Shown here piece by piece: positions 44,978 through 55,035 of a stretch of DNA of 64,000 nucleotides. Both the position numbers and the translations under genes were made by a program. Position 1 is the first letter of the stretch. The number at the start of each line of letters is the position of its first letter. This DNA is from Candidatus Marinacidobacterium sp. (lineage in GTDB: Bacteria > Acidobacteriota > Vicinamibacteria > Marinacidobacterales > Marinacidobacteraceae). Location of the stretch: the NCBI GenBank assembly GCA_965204755.1, contig OZ242011.1, positions 2,784,001 to 2,848,000 of the forward strand. Reading direction: 5' to 3'. The notes under the pieces were generated by a model. It saw nothing but the letters and a program-made list of their open reading frames with translations, had not been told where the DNA came from and did not search any database.

Positions 44978-45961
44978 TCAGGCGGAGTCCTGCAGCCGGA
45001 TCGTTCGGCCGAGGCCCCGCGCCACCGCCTGTTCGTACACGAAGGCGGCGCAGGCCACATCCTCGATCGCGACGCCGACGGACTTGAACAGCGTGATGTC
45101 CCCGTCCGATTCGCGTCCGGGCGTCTTGCCGGCGACCACTTCGCCGAGTTCGGCGTGGATCCGGGACTCCTCGAAGGCGCCGCCCCGGACCGCCGCCATC
45201 AGGTCGCCGGCTTCGCCGAGCACCTGCTCCCGGAAGTCGAGCACCACCCGGCACTTCCCGAAGGCCGCGGCTTCCACTTCGCGCTTCACCGGGGCGTTCG
45301 CGCCCACCGAGTTCACATGCATCCCCGGCTCGAGGCAGTCCGCGAGGACGACCGGCGCCTTCGTGGTCGTCGCCGCGCAGACGATGTCCGAACCGCGAAC
45401 CGCTTCTTCGGCGGTCCCCACGGCTTCGGCGGCCACGCCCTCCTCGCGGAGCGCCGCCGCACAGGCCTCCGCCGCCTCGGGGACGGCGTCGTGGATCCGC
45501 GCGGAGCGGATGTCCCGGACTTCCCGGACCGCCGCGACCTGGTTCCGCCCCTGGAAGCCGGCCCCGATCAAGCCGAGGCTCGACGCGTCTTCCCGCGCCA
45601 GGTACCGGGTCGCCACGCCGCTCGCCGCGCCGGTGCGCGTGCCGGTGATGTGCGTCCCGGGCATGACCGCCCGGAGCGCCCCGGTCTCCGTATCGAAGTA
45701 GAGGACCGCGAAGTAGGTGTCCTCCGGGGCGCGCTTTCCCGGGGTGCCGGTGAGCGTCTTCAGGCCGAACCCGCCCAGGTCGGGGATCACCGCCGCCATG
45801 ATGCGGAAGTTCCCGGCGACGCCGGAGAGCGGCATCACCAGCCGGGGCGCGAGTTGCGTCCGCCCCTCGGCGTGGAGCCGGAAGGACTCGTCGAGCAGCC
45901 GGACCGCCTCGCCCATCGGGAGGAGTTCCGCCACCTCCCGCTCGGTGAGGATCAGCGCCAT
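44978..45961 (-). CDS. Ornithine cyclodeaminase/mu-crystallin family protein
   Basis: RTGAASGVAT, IGAGFQ and LFKSVGVAIED. Confidence 0.9.
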   Translation of the reverse strand: MALILTEREVAELLPMGEAVRLLDESFRLHAEGRTQLAPRLVMPLSGVAGNFRIMAAVIPDLGGFGLKTLTGTPGKRAPEDTYFAVLYFDTETGALRAVMPGTHITGTRTGAASGVATRYLAREDASSLGLIGAGFQGRNQVAAVREVRDIRSARIHDAVPEAAEACAAALREEGVAAEAVGTAEEAVRGSDIVCAATTTKAPVVLADCLEPGMHVNSVGANAPVKREVEAAAFGKCRVVLDFREQVLGEAGDLMAAVRGGAFEESRIHAELGEVVAGKTPGRESDGDITLFKSVGVAIEDVACAAFVYEQAVARGLGRTIRLQDSA

Positions 45962-46019
45962 CGGCGGCGGAGTGTACGGCCTGCCGGTTCGGGCGGCCGG
46001 GCGGCGCCGCCGGTTCCGG

Positions 46020-46925
46020 TCAGCCCCGGGCGAACACCGCCCGCATCACATGGCCCGCGATGTCCGGGTTCTTGCGCAGCCGCCGGAGCGAGTAGGGGAG
46101 CCACTCGGGGCCGAACGGCACGCCGATCCGCACCGGGTGCCCGGCGTCCTTCACGATCTCCCTCAGGCGCGGCCGGACGCCGTGGAGCATCTGGAACTCG
46201 TAGTCGTCCGGCCCGAGGCGGAGCCGCTCGACCAGCCGGCACGCGTGGTAGATGACCCACTCGTCGTGGGTGGCGATCCCCACCCGGCACCCGGCTTCGA
46301 GCAACTCGCCGAGCAGGGTCAGGAAGTTGTCGCGGATGAGTTCCGGGTCGGTGAAGGCGAGTTCGTGGGGTTCGAGATAGACGCCCTTGCAGAGGCGCAC
46401 CGGGGTCCGGTGGGGCGCGATCTCGCGCACATCCTCGAGGCTGCGGCGCATCCGCGCCTGGATCACCACGCCGAGTTCCTTCGGCCACTCGGCGCGGAGC
46501 CCCCGGTAGAGGCTCAGCGTGGGCTCGATCCGGGGGCTGTCCTCCATGTCCATCCGCACGAAGACGCCGCCCCGGTCGCGGGCGCGCTCCAGCAGACCCA
46601 CCACCAGCCGGCGGCAGAGGTCGGGGTCGAAGGTGATCCCCAACTGGGTGGTCTTCACATGGATGTAGGCGGGCAGCGCGGCGCGCTCGACCTCGTCGAG
46701 GACTTCCCGATAGACGCGGGCCGCCTCCTCCGCCTGCTCCCGGGCGGTCACGAACTCGCCCAACTGGCTGAGCGCCAGGCGGTACCCCTGCCGGGCCAGG
46801 CCGCCGCCCACCGCCACGAGGTCGGCGACCGTCTTGCCGGCGATGTAGGGGCGGGCGAACGGGCGGATCGCGGCCTTCGGCAGCAGCGGCAGCGCGGCGG
46901 CCACCGCCCGGTTCAGGAATCTCAC
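46020..46925 (-). CDS. Monofunctional proline dehydrogenase
   Basis: RMDMED, VRLCKGVY, IATHD, EFQML.G and Y..RRL. Confidence 0.88.
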   Translation of the reverse strand: MRFLNRAVAAALPLLPKAAIRPFARPYIAGKTVADLVAVGGGLARQGYRLALSQLGEFVTAREQAEEAARVYREVLDEVERAALPAYIHVKTTQLGITFDPDLCRRLVVGLLERARDRGGVFVRMDMEDSPRIEPTLSLYRGLRAEWPKELGVVIQARMRRSLEDVREIAPHRTPVRLCKGVYLEPHELAFTDPELIRDNFLTLLGELLEAGCRVGIATHDEWVIYHACRLVERLRLGPDDYEFQMLHGVRPRLREIVKDAGHPVRIGVPFGPEWLPYSLRRLRKNPDIAGHVMRAVFARG

Positions 46926-46985
46926 GGCGGGGAGCCGGGAGGGCGGCCGGCCGCCCCGCGCAGGAAGGGGCCCACGCCCGGCGGC

Positions 46986-47879
46986 CTACAGGTCGAAGTG
47001 GGCGAGGATGCGGTCGAGCGCTTCCCGGGTGGGGCCGTCGAGCGCCGCCGTCGGCGCCCGCGCCCCGGGGTGCGCGACGGCGCCGCGCCGCTTCAGCATC
47101 TCCTTGCGGATCGCCATGCCGATGCCCTCCTGGAACTCGAACCGCATCACCGGCGAGCAGCGGTAGAACGCCTCGGCCGCCCCGTCCCGGTCGCCGCGGT
47201 CCCAGCGGGAGACCACCTCGACCAGCAGTTTCGGGTAGGCGAACCCGGTCATCGCGCCGGTGGCGCCGGAGATCAGTTCCTCGAGCAGGTAGGCCCCGCC
47301 GAGGCCCCCGAAGATGCCGACTTCGATCCCCTCGGTCCGCTCCCGGATCCGCGCCGCCTTGTAGGGGGTGGGGGCGTCTTCGAGTTTGATCGTCCGCGCC
47401 GCCGGGATCTCCCGGCACATCCGGGCGAGCAGGTCGGCGTCCATGTGGAAGCCGGAGATCGGCGGGAAGTCCTGGACGACCACCGGGATGGAGATCGCTT
47501 CGGCCACGGCGGCGAAGTGGCGGAAGACGGAGTCGGCGTTGCAGCGGGGGGCGCGGGGCGGGGAGACCATGACCCCGGCGGCGCCGGCGCGTTCGGCGTC
47601 GCGGCATCTCTCGAGGCAGAGGTCGAGGCCCGCGCCGGTCGCGCCGACGACCACCGGGAGGCCGACGCTCCCGGCGTGGGCGAGCGAGGCCTCGAGGACT
47701 TCGGCCCGCTCCCGGTCGGAGAGCCGGTCCGCCTCGCTGGTGACGCCCAGGGCGGTGAACCCGGAGACGCCGTCGTCGGCGAACAGCCGGACCACCCGGC
47801 CGAGGCTTTCCGAATCGAAACGACCGTCCTCGCCGAAGGGGGTCGGCAGGACGGAATAGACGCCGCTCAGGGTGCTCAT
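46986..47879 (-). CDS. DHDPS/DapA-like aldolase family protein
   Basis: LPTPF, LGVTSE, MVSPP and TIKLED. Confidence 0.85.
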   Translation of the reverse strand: MSTLSGVYSVLPTPFGEDGRFDSESLGRVVRLFADDGVSGFTALGVTSEADRLSDRERAEVLEASLAHAGSVGLPVVVGATGAGLDLCLERCRDAERAGAAGVMVSPPRAPRCNADSVFRHFAAVAEAISIPVVVQDFPPISGFHMDADLLARMCREIPAARTIKLEDAPTPYKAARIRERTEGIEVGIFGGLGGAYLLEELISGATGAMTGFAYPKLLVEVVSRWDRGDRDGAAEAFYRCSPVMRFEFQEGIGMAIRKEMLKRRGAVAHPGARAPTAALDGPTREALDRILAHFDL

Positions 47880-47957
47880 GGGAATCGCTGATTCTTCCAT
47901 ACCCGAGGGCGGTTCCCGACGAGGGGATCCGCCCCCGTCTCTGGTACAAACCGGCGG

Positions 47958-48962
47958 ATGAAGATCCGCATCCTCTCCGCCGCCGACGCGCGGCGGGCCA
48001 TGCCGATGATCGAGGCCATCCGGGTGGTCCGGCAGGCGTTCGTCGAACTCTCCGCCGGACGGGCGGCCATGCCGATCCGCACCCGGGTGGATGTGCCGTC
48101 CCGGTCGGGGACCGGCCTCCCCGGGATCAGCCTCCACATGCCGGCCTTCCTCGAAGGGGAGCGCCGGCTGGCCACCAAGATCGTCTCCATCTTCCCGGGG
48201 AACCTCTCGCGCGAGTCGCCGCTCCCCACGATCCACGCGGTCGTGGTCGTGGTGGACCCGGACACCGGGGAACCGGCCGGCCTCCTCGAAGGCGGGTCGC
48301 TGACGGCGATCCGCACCGGGGCCGCCTCCGGGGCGGCGACCGCCGAACTCGCCGGCGAGGGCGTGACGACCGCCGGCGTCCTCGGGGCCGGCGTCCAGGC
48401 GCGGACGCAACTCGAAGCGATGGTCGCCGCCCGCCCCGGCATCGAGCGGGCGTCGGTGTACGACCCGCGGCGGGAAGCCGCCGAGTCCTTCGCCGCCGAG
48501 ATGACCGAGCGCCTGGGTCTCCCGGTGGAGACCGCGGAGGACGCCGACTCGGTGGTGGCCGCCTCGGAGGTGATCGCCGAGGCGACGACGGCTTCGACGC
48601 CGATCTTCTCCGACGCCGCGCTGCGGGACGACGCCCACCTGAACGCGGTCGGCTCCTTCACGCCGGAGATGCAGATCCTCCCGGAGGCGACCGTCGTCCG
48701 CTCGGCGGTCGTCGTGGACCACCGCGAGTCCTGCTGGGAGGAAGCGGGGGACCTCATCCAGCCCCGCGACCGGGGAGCGATCACCGAGTCGCACCTCTAC
48801 GCCGAATTCGGCGAGATCGCCTCCGGCCGGATCCCCAAGCCCCCGCCGGGGCGGCCCACGCTGTTCAAGACCGTCGGGACCGCCGTCCAGGACGCCGCCG
48901 TCGGCGCCGCCGCGCTCACCCGCGCCGCCGAACTCGGGCTGGGAGTGGTGGTGGACCTCTGA
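47958..48962 (+). CDS. Second ornithine cyclodeaminase/mu-crystallin family protein
   Basis: LTAIRTGAASG, LGAGVQA and LFKTVGTAVQD. Confidence 0.9.
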   Translation: MKIRILSAADARRAMPMIEAIRVVRQAFVELSAGRAAMPIRTRVDVPSRSGTGLPGISLHMPAFLEGERRLATKIVSIFPGNLSRESPLPTIHAVVVVVDPDTGEPAGLLEGGSLTAIRTGAASGAATAELAGEGVTTAGVLGAGVQARTQLEAMVAARPGIERASVYDPRREAAESFAAEMTERLGLPVETAEDADSVVAASEVIAEATTASTPIFSDAALRDDAHLNAVGSFTPEMQILPEATVVRSAVVVDHRESCWEEAGDLIQPRDRGAITESHLYAEFGEIASGRIPKPPPGRPTLFKTVGTAVQDAAVGAAALTRAAELGLGVVVDL

Positions 48963-48987
48963 GCGGGGGCCTCCGCGCTCCCGCTCA
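48960..48987. terminator. Hairpin between convergent genes
   Basis: TGAGCGGGGGC..GCTCCCGCTCA stem spanning both stop codons. Confidence 0.4.
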
Positions 48988-49878
48988 GGGGTTCCGCCGC
49001 ACCGGGTTCTCCAGGCGGCCGATCCCCCGGATTTCCGCGCCCACGGTGTCGCCGTCCTCGACGACGACCGCGCCCGGCGTGCCGGTGAGGAGGAGGTCGC
49101 CGGCGCTCCAGGTGGCGTCCCGGGAGAAGAAGGCGAGGAGGTAGTCCGGGGAGAAGGTCATCCGGGAGACCGGGGCGCTTCGCGCCGAGGCGCCGTTCTT
49201 GAGCGTGTGGGTGACCACTTCCGGCAGGGCCTCGGCGCCGCCGAGTTCGTCGGGGGTCGCGAGGCAGGGGCCGAGGCTCAGGAAGGTGTCGAAACTCTTC
49301 GCCCGGGTGAGGAACCGGGGGTTCTCCCGCAGGATGTCCTCCGCGGTCAGGTCCACCGCCAGCGTGAGCGCGGCGACCGCGCCGTAGGCCTCCTCTTCGG
49401 TCCAGTCCCGGCCGCTCCGGCCGAGCACGAGGACGAGTTCGCCTTCGCCGGTGACGCGGGCCGAGTCGCGCGGCAGGAACACGGTGTCGCCGGGGCCGAT
49501 CATCGAGGCGGTCGGGCGCATGAACCCCACCGGGGCGCTCGGGGGCGGGGCGTCGAGTTCGGCGGCGTGGGTGAGGTAGTTCAGGCCGGCGCACCAGATC
49601 TTGGGCGGCCTCGTCAGCGGCGCCAGGAGTTCCGCCTCGCCGAGCCGGGGCCCGTCCGCCGCCGGCCCGCCCGAGGCGACCGCTTCGGCGAGGGCCGGGA
49701 GCAGCCCCGCCTGCACCAGCGCGTCGAGGTCCCCGAACGGTTCCCCGGCCGCCCGCCCGCCCGGCGGCGCGGCGCGGTCGGCGACTTCCGGGGCGGCGTC
49801 CCGGATCGGGACCAGCCGGCCGTCCCGCTCCACGGCGGCCACGGCCGCGTCCCCGTCTCGGTATCGGTACAGGCGCAT
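48985..49878 (-). CDS. Fumarylacetoacetate hydrolase family protein
   Basis: KIWCAGLNY..H, EGEL, AKSFDTF and LLTGTPG. Confidence 0.9.
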   Translation of the reverse strand: MRLYRYRDGDAAVAAVERDGRLVPIRDAAPEVADRAAPPGGRAAGEPFGDLDALVQAGLLPALAEAVASGGPAADGPRLGEAELLAPLTRPPKIWCAGLNYLTHAAELDAPPPSAPVGFMRPTASMIGPGDTVFLPRDSARVTGEGELVLVLGRSGRDWTEEEAYGAVAALTLAVDLTAEDILRENPRFLTRAKSFDTFLSLGPCLATPDELGGAEALPEVVTHTLKNGASARSAPVSRMTFSPDYLLAFFSRDATWSAGDLLLTGTPGAVVVEDGDTVGAEIRGIGRLENPVRRNP

Positions 49879-49931
49879 CCGGCGAGAATACGCGCCCGCC
49901 CGGCTGCGGCCGGCCGCGGATTCCCCTCCCG

Positions 49932-51260
49932 GTGCGGACAGACGCGAGCGACCCTCCCTCGACCGTCGGCTCGCGCGGCGCCGCGCCGGCGGGCGTCCGG
50001 CTCGACTACGGCGAGACCGGCCTGGACTTCGAGGTTCCGGCGGGCGCGCGCGAAAACGCGGAGATCGTTCGGCCCCGCTTCCCCGCGCCGGTCGCCGACC
50101 CGGAAGCGGAGATCGTCCGGGCGCTCCGCGAGCCGGTCGCCGGGCCGCCGCTGAGGGAGCGCGTCCCTCCCGGCGCCGAGGTGGCCATCTCGATCTGCGA
50201 CGGCACCCGGCCGCAGCCCCGGATCCCGATGCTCCGGGCGATCCTCGAGGAGATCCCGACGCCGCCGGAGCGCGTCTCGCTGCTCGTCGCCACCGGGACG
50301 CACCGCGCGCCGTCCCCGGCGGAACTCGAAGCGATGCTCGGCGGCGAACTCCTGGCCGCCTGCGAGGTGGTCAGCCACGACTGCCGGGACGAGGCGGAAC
50401 TCGCGCCGCTCGCCGGCGGCCCGCCGGGTGTCCCGGTGAGGCTGAACCGACGGTTCCTCGACGCGGACATCCGGATCACCACCGGTTTCGTGGAGCCGCA
50501 CTTCTTCGCCGGGTTCTCCGGCGGCCCGAAGATGGTTGCGCCGGGGCTGGCCGCGCTGGACACCATCCTGGTCCTCCACGACGAGCCGCGCATCGCCCAT
50601 CCGAACGCCGTGTTCGGCGTCACCGGGGGGAACCCGATCCACGACGATGTGCGCGCGATCGCCGACCGCGCCGGAGTCGCCTTCGGCCTCGAGGTGCTGC
50701 TCGACGGGGAGAAGCGGATCACCGCGGCCTTCGGCGGCGATCTCGCCGAGGAGCACGCCGCCGCCTGCGAACGGTCCCGGCGGGAGGCGATGCAGCCGGT
50801 CGAGGGCGCCTTCGAGGTGGTGGTTACCACCAACTCCGGCTTCCCGCTCGACCAAAACCTCTACCAGGCCGTCAAGGGCCTCTCCGCCGCCGCCCGGATC
50901 ACCGCCCCCGGCGGGCGGATCCTCGCCGCGGCCGAGTGCCGCGAAGGCGTCCCGGACGACGGCGCCTACGCCCGGGCGCTCTTCGCCGGGGACTCGGCGG
51001 AGGCGGTCCGCCGGGCGCTGGCGGCCGCCCCGGAGCGCCGCCCGGACGACTGGCAGGTGCAGGTGCACTGCCGGGTCCTGGAGCAGGCTTCCGTAGGGCT
51101 CTTCTCCTCGCTGCCCGCCGCGACCGTCCGGCGCGCGCACCTCGAGCCGGTCGCCGACCTCTCCGAGGCCTGCCGGAGCGAACTCGCGCGGCGCGGCCCG
51201 GATGCGCGCCTCGCCGTCCTCCCGCACGGCCCGGTAACGATCCCTTATCTCGCCGACTGA
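49932..51260 (+). CDS. LarA-family nickel-pincer-dependent racemase/epimerase (DUF2088)
   Basis: DGTRP, ATGTHR, EPHFFAGFSGGPK and PLDQNLYQAVKG. Confidence 0.88.
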   Translation: MRTDASDPPSTVGSRGAAPAGVRLDYGETGLDFEVPAGARENAEIVRPRFPAPVADPEAEIVRALREPVAGPPLRERVPPGAEVAISICDGTRPQPRIPMLRAILEEIPTPPERVSLLVATGTHRAPSPAELEAMLGGELLAACEVVSHDCRDEAELAPLAGGPPGVPVRLNRRFLDADIRITTGFVEPHFFAGFSGGPKMVAPGLAALDTILVLHDEPRIAHPNAVFGVTGGNPIHDDVRAIADRAGVAFGLEVLLDGEKRITAAFGGDLAEEHAAACERSRREAMQPVEGAFEVVVTTNSGFPLDQNLYQAVKGLSAAARITAPGGRILAAAECREGVPDDGAYARALFAGDSAEAVRRALAAAPERRPDDWQVQVHCRVLEQASVGLFSSLPAATVRRAHLEPVADLSEACRSELARRGPDARLAVLPHGPVTIPYLAD

Positions 51261-51301
51261 GCGGCCGCCCCCGGCGCCGCCTTCCCGGACGCCGCTCCGA
51301 T

Positions 51302-51522
51302 CAGCCCGTGGAAAAAGCGCCCCGCCGTCCACTCCTCGACGCAAGGGCGCCGAGTCCGCGTTCGGTTTCGCGGCGGGGCGCTCTTCCCACAGGCCGGCGG
51401 CGCGAATCGCTGCGCGATTCCCCCCGCCAACTATCGCGGGGAGGGGTCCACCCCCTCCCCGCACCCCTCCCCGGTCGGCGCTTCGCGCCGACGGGGGCTC
51501 TCCGGACTTTCTCCACGGGCTG
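51302..51522. mobile_element. 221-bp MITE-like element, copy A
   Basis: TIRs CAGCCCGTGGAAAAAG/CTTTCTCCACGGGCTG; homologous to 59033-59253. Confidence 0.75.
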
Positions 51523-54069
51523 CTATCGCGGTTCGGGGTCTCTCCCGCCCCCCGGCGCGGCCTCCGGAGGCCGGAGGACGAGCGTCCACGCCGCCTCGCC
51601 GGCGAGCAGCGGGGTCGGGCGGCCCTCCTCCCAGTCCCGGTTCCCCGCCAGGTAGTACGGCGCGAGCGGGTGGCCCGACTGCCCGCCCGGCATGTGGAGG
51701 AGGGCGTCCTCCTCGCGTCCGGGGGAGACGACCAGGCGGTTCGAGGGGCCGTGGGCGCCGCTCTGCGCCCGGGGAAGCCCGGAGTCGCCGGGCAGGCCGC
51801 GCGGCGGGGCGTCGAGGAATCGGGCGACCGGGCCGGGGAGCCCCGGGCTCAGCGGGTGGCGGAGGTGGACCCGGTTCTCCTTTCCCCAGGTCGCCTCCGC
51901 GAGCGGCCCCGACCCCGCCGCCGCGCGGGCCGCGCGGAGCGCCGCGGCGGCGAGCGCTTCGTCCCAGTTCGCGGCGCCCGGAGGGACGAAATAGGACGGC
52001 CGTTCCCGCGCCAGGCGGAGCAGCGGCCCCGGCCACTGGTTCGCCACCCAGAGCGAGAAGTCGGGCAGCAGCCGCCGCGCCGGTTCGGTCAGCGGCTCGT
52101 ACGCCGCCAGCAGGAGTTCGATGCGGGCGTTGCGCGCCAGGCGGTAGGCCGCCGAGTCCACCGAAGCCCGACCGTCCCACCCCTGCCGCAGCACCCGCGC
52201 CGCTTCCGCCGCCAGCGGGTCGGGGGCGCGGTCGAGCGCCGGGAGGAACAGGTTCCGCCACTCCTCGAGTTCCACCGCGCGGTCGTCCAACTGGATGTCC
52301 AGCATCGCCGGCTCGTCGAGGCGCTCGGCGGCGAGGAGCCGGTCCCGGATGCGGGCGGCGCGGCCGCCGTGGGCGTAGCCGCCGCCCCGGCCCAGGAGGT
52401 CGAGCCACTCGCCGTCCACCAGGCGGTTGTTCGCGGTCCAGAGGAGTCCGGACGGCGGGTTGCGGATCTCGGGGGCTTCCTCCGGCGGGAGGTACCCGTC
52501 CCAGCCGCGCTCGCCGTCCGCCCAGGAGGTCGGCGCCGTCCCGGAGAGCCCCCGGCGGCGGGGGATCGGGCCGGCGATGGCCCAGCCGATCTCCCCGTTC
52601 GCGTCGGCGGCGACGAGGTTCTGCGGGGGCATCCCGCTCCGGCGGGCGATCCGGAACGCGTCGTCGAGGTCCTCGGCGGCGGCGAAGTCCACATACCCGG
52701 TCCGCAGTCCTTCCGGGTCGTGCGCGATCCAGCGGATCGCCTGCGGCCGCCCCCAGCGGTTGGTGACGGGCCCCCAGATGGTTTCGCGGACCGACAGCGT
52801 CTCCGCGGGGCCGTCCGCGACTTCGATGGTCTCCTCGAACACCTCCACGCGGCGGAAGCCGTCCGGCGCGCGGTAGCGGCTCTCGTCCTCGCCGTCGAAT
52901 TCGAGTTCGACGAGGTCGGTCCAGTCCCCGCCGGAGTTGGTGAACGCCCAAGCCAGCCGGCCGTTGCTGCCGGAGATCAGCGCCGGCACGCCGGGCAGGG
53001 TGAGTCCGGCCAGCCGCCGCCGCTGGAACAGCAACTCGGCGCGGTACCAACGGTTCGGCGCGCCGAGCGCGAGGTGCATGTCCCCGGCGACCATCCCCGC
53101 GCCGCGCGTTCCGCCTCTGCGGACGGTCCGCTCCGGCGCGGCCGCCCAACTGTTGCTGCCGGACACCGGCGGCGGCCCGGCGGTCTCGCCGGCGTCGGTT
53201 CCTCCCGGCGTCCCGCCGCCGGCGGCGAGCGCGCGGGCGAAGACCTCCGCGTCGGGGATCTCCGGCGTCGGGAAGGCGCCGCCGACCAGCGGCGCGTCCC
53301 GCTCGGTTCCCGGCGGGTTCAGGAACGCCGCCAGTTCGGCGGGGAGGGCGGCCTCCAGCGCCGCCGACCGGGCCTCGCGGCTCCCGTCCTCGTCGTTCAG
53401 GACGAAGTACATCGCCACGACCGCCAGCAGCGAGTCGGCGATCCGCCATTCCGCCGGCGCCTGCCGCAGCAGCAGGTACTCGAACGGCGGCCGGTCGAGC
53501 GCTTCCAGCCCCCGGTTCACGCCGTCCCGGTAGGCGGTGAACAACCGCCGGGCGTCCTCCGGCATCGCCGCGGCGGCGCGCTCGGCCCGCGCCCGCATCC
53601 GGTGCAGGCGGGCCTCGCGGTCCGCCGGCAGGGCCGCCGCGCCGACCAGCGCGGAGAGTTCCCCCGCGGCCTGCCGCCGCATGAGGTCCATCTGGAAGAA
53701 CCGCTCCTGGCCGTGGAGGAAACCCAGCGCCCGGAAGGCGTCCTCCGGGCCTTCCGCCCGCACCCGCGGCACCCCCTTCGTGTCGCGTTCCACCACCACC
53801 GGCGCCGAGAGGCCGGGGAGCGCCTCGGTCCCGGTCAGCCGGGGGAGGCTCGCCCGAAGCGCGGCCTGGACCCAGAGGCCCGCCGCCGCGGCGGCGACCA
53901 GGACGGCGGAGAGCGCCCACCCGCCGGCGCGGAGCAGCCGCCGCCGGCGGGAAGGGGGGGGCGCGGCGGTCAGGGGGTTTCCGATCGGTTCGATGACCGT
54001 CTTCCGCCCCGGGGGCAGGCGGCGGTTCGCGTTTATTCTCCCCCCGTTTCTCGGGCCGGTGGCGGACAT
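51523..54069 (-). CDS. Penicillin acylase family Ntn hydrolase (S45)
   Basis: RFFQMDLMRR, GSNSWA, GDMHL, TANN and PGGQSG; start uncertain. Confidence 0.9.
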   Translation of the reverse strand: MSATGPRNGGRINANRRLPPGRKTVIEPIGNPLTAAPPPSRRRRLLRAGGWALSAVLVAAAAAGLWVQAALRASLPRLTGTEALPGLSAPVVVERDTKGVPRVRAEGPEDAFRALGFLHGQERFFQMDLMRRQAAGELSALVGAAALPADREARLHRMRARAERAAAAMPEDARRLFTAYRDGVNRGLEALDRPPFEYLLLRQAPAEWRIADSLLAVVAMYFVLNDEDGSREARSAALEAALPAELAAFLNPPGTERDAPLVGGAFPTPEIPDAEVFARALAAGGGTPGGTDAGETAGPPPVSGSNSWAAAPERTVRRGGTRGAGMVAGDMHLALGAPNRWYRAELLFQRRRLAGLTLPGVPALISGSNGRLAWAFTNSGGDWTDLVELEFDGEDESRYRAPDGFRRVEVFEETIEVADGPAETLSVRETIWGPVTNRWGRPQAIRWIAHDPEGLRTGYVDFAAAEDLDDAFRIARRSGMPPQNLVAADANGEIGWAIAGPIPRRRGLSGTAPTSWADGERGWDGYLPPEEAPEIRNPPSGLLWTANNRLVDGEWLDLLGRGGGYAHGGRAARIRDRLLAAERLDEPAMLDIQLDDRAVELEEWRNLFLPALDRAPDPLAAEAARVLRQGWDGRASVDSAAYRLARNARIELLLAAYEPLTEPARRLLPDFSLWVANQWPGPLLRLARERPSYFVPPGAANWDEALAAAALRAARAAAGSGPLAEATWGKENRVHLRHPLSPGLPGPVARFLDAPPRGLPGDSGLPRAQSGAHGPSNRLVVSPGREEDALLHMPGGQSGHPLAPYYLAGNRDWEEGRPTPLLAGEAAWTLVLRPPEAAPGGGRDPEPR

Positions 54070-54072
54070 CTC

Positions 54073-55035
54073 GTGAGCACGGCCAGCCGGCGCGGCGCGC
54101 GGGCCTTCGGGGCGCGGCCCGGACTGCGTCGGCCCGGACGGCGGTGGCGCGGAGGCGCGGCGCTCCTGCCCTGCCTCCTCGCCGCGAGCGCCGGAGCGCA
54201 GCCGCCGGCGGCCGCCGGAGCGGGGGCGCCGGACGCGGTCGCTGTCCCGGACGACGGCGGCTGGGCCGGCAGCGCCGCGGTGAACTTCTCGCTCTCCGCC
54301 GGGAACTCGGAGAGCGCGACCCTGGGGCTCGACGCCGAGGCCGGCGGCGGAGTCGGGCCGTTCCGCCTCTCCATCGACGGCGGGGCCTTCCGGGCCGGCG
54401 TCTCCGGCGCGGACCGGGTGGCGGTCGGCGAGCCGGACGACTTCGCGGTGCGGCGCGAGTCCGCCGCCTCGACTTCGGCGAACCGCGCCCACTTCCGGGT
54501 GCGGCTGGCCGGGGCCGAGGAGCGCGAGATGGGCGGTTTCGCCGCCGCCGGCTGGGAGCGCGACCTCCCCGCCGGGGTGCGGGGGAGATACGACCTGACG
54601 GCCGGGGTCGGCCGGACCCTCGGCGGCGGCGCGCCCGGCGGCCTCCCCGCCGTGGCCCTCTCCGCCGGTCTGTCCCTGGTCCGCCAGCGGGACCTCGTCG
54701 CCGACGAGGAAACCGCCGACGACACGCTGGCGCTCCGCCTCGACGCCCGCTCCGCCGGCCGCGTCCGCGCCTTCGACCTGAGCCTCGACGCCGCGACCGT
54801 CTGGAACCTCCGGGAACGCGGCGACCTGCGCCTCGACGCCACCGGCGCCGCCGAGGTCCCGATCACCGGCCGCCTCGCCCTCCGCGCCAGCCTGCAGGCG
54901 CTCTTCGACGCCCGGCCGGCGCTCGAACGCCTCCCGCTGGCCCCGGCCGCCGGCGCCGAGCCCGTCGGGGAGGTGTCCGCCCGCCGCGCCCGGCTGGACT
55001 CGATCCTCCTCGCCTCGCTCGCGGTCCGTTGGTAG
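54073..55035 (+). CDS. DUF481-like outer-membrane beta-barrel protein
   Basis: WAGSAAVNFSLSAGNSES; alternating beta-strand pattern; terminal W. Confidence 0.6.
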   Translation: MSTASRRGARAFGARPGLRRPGRRWRGGAALLPCLLAASAGAQPPAAAGAGAPDAVAVPDDGGWAGSAAVNFSLSAGNSESATLGLDAEAGGGVGPFRLSIDGGAFRAGVSGADRVAVGEPDDFAVRRESAASTSANRAHFRVRLAGAEEREMGGFAAAGWERDLPAGVRGRYDLTAGVGRTLGGGAPGGLPAVALSAGLSLVRQRDLVADEETADDTLALRLDARSAGRVRAFDLSLDAATVWNLRERGDLRLDATGAAEVPITGRLALRASLQALFDARPALERLPLAPAAGAEPVGEVSARRARLDSILLASLAVRW

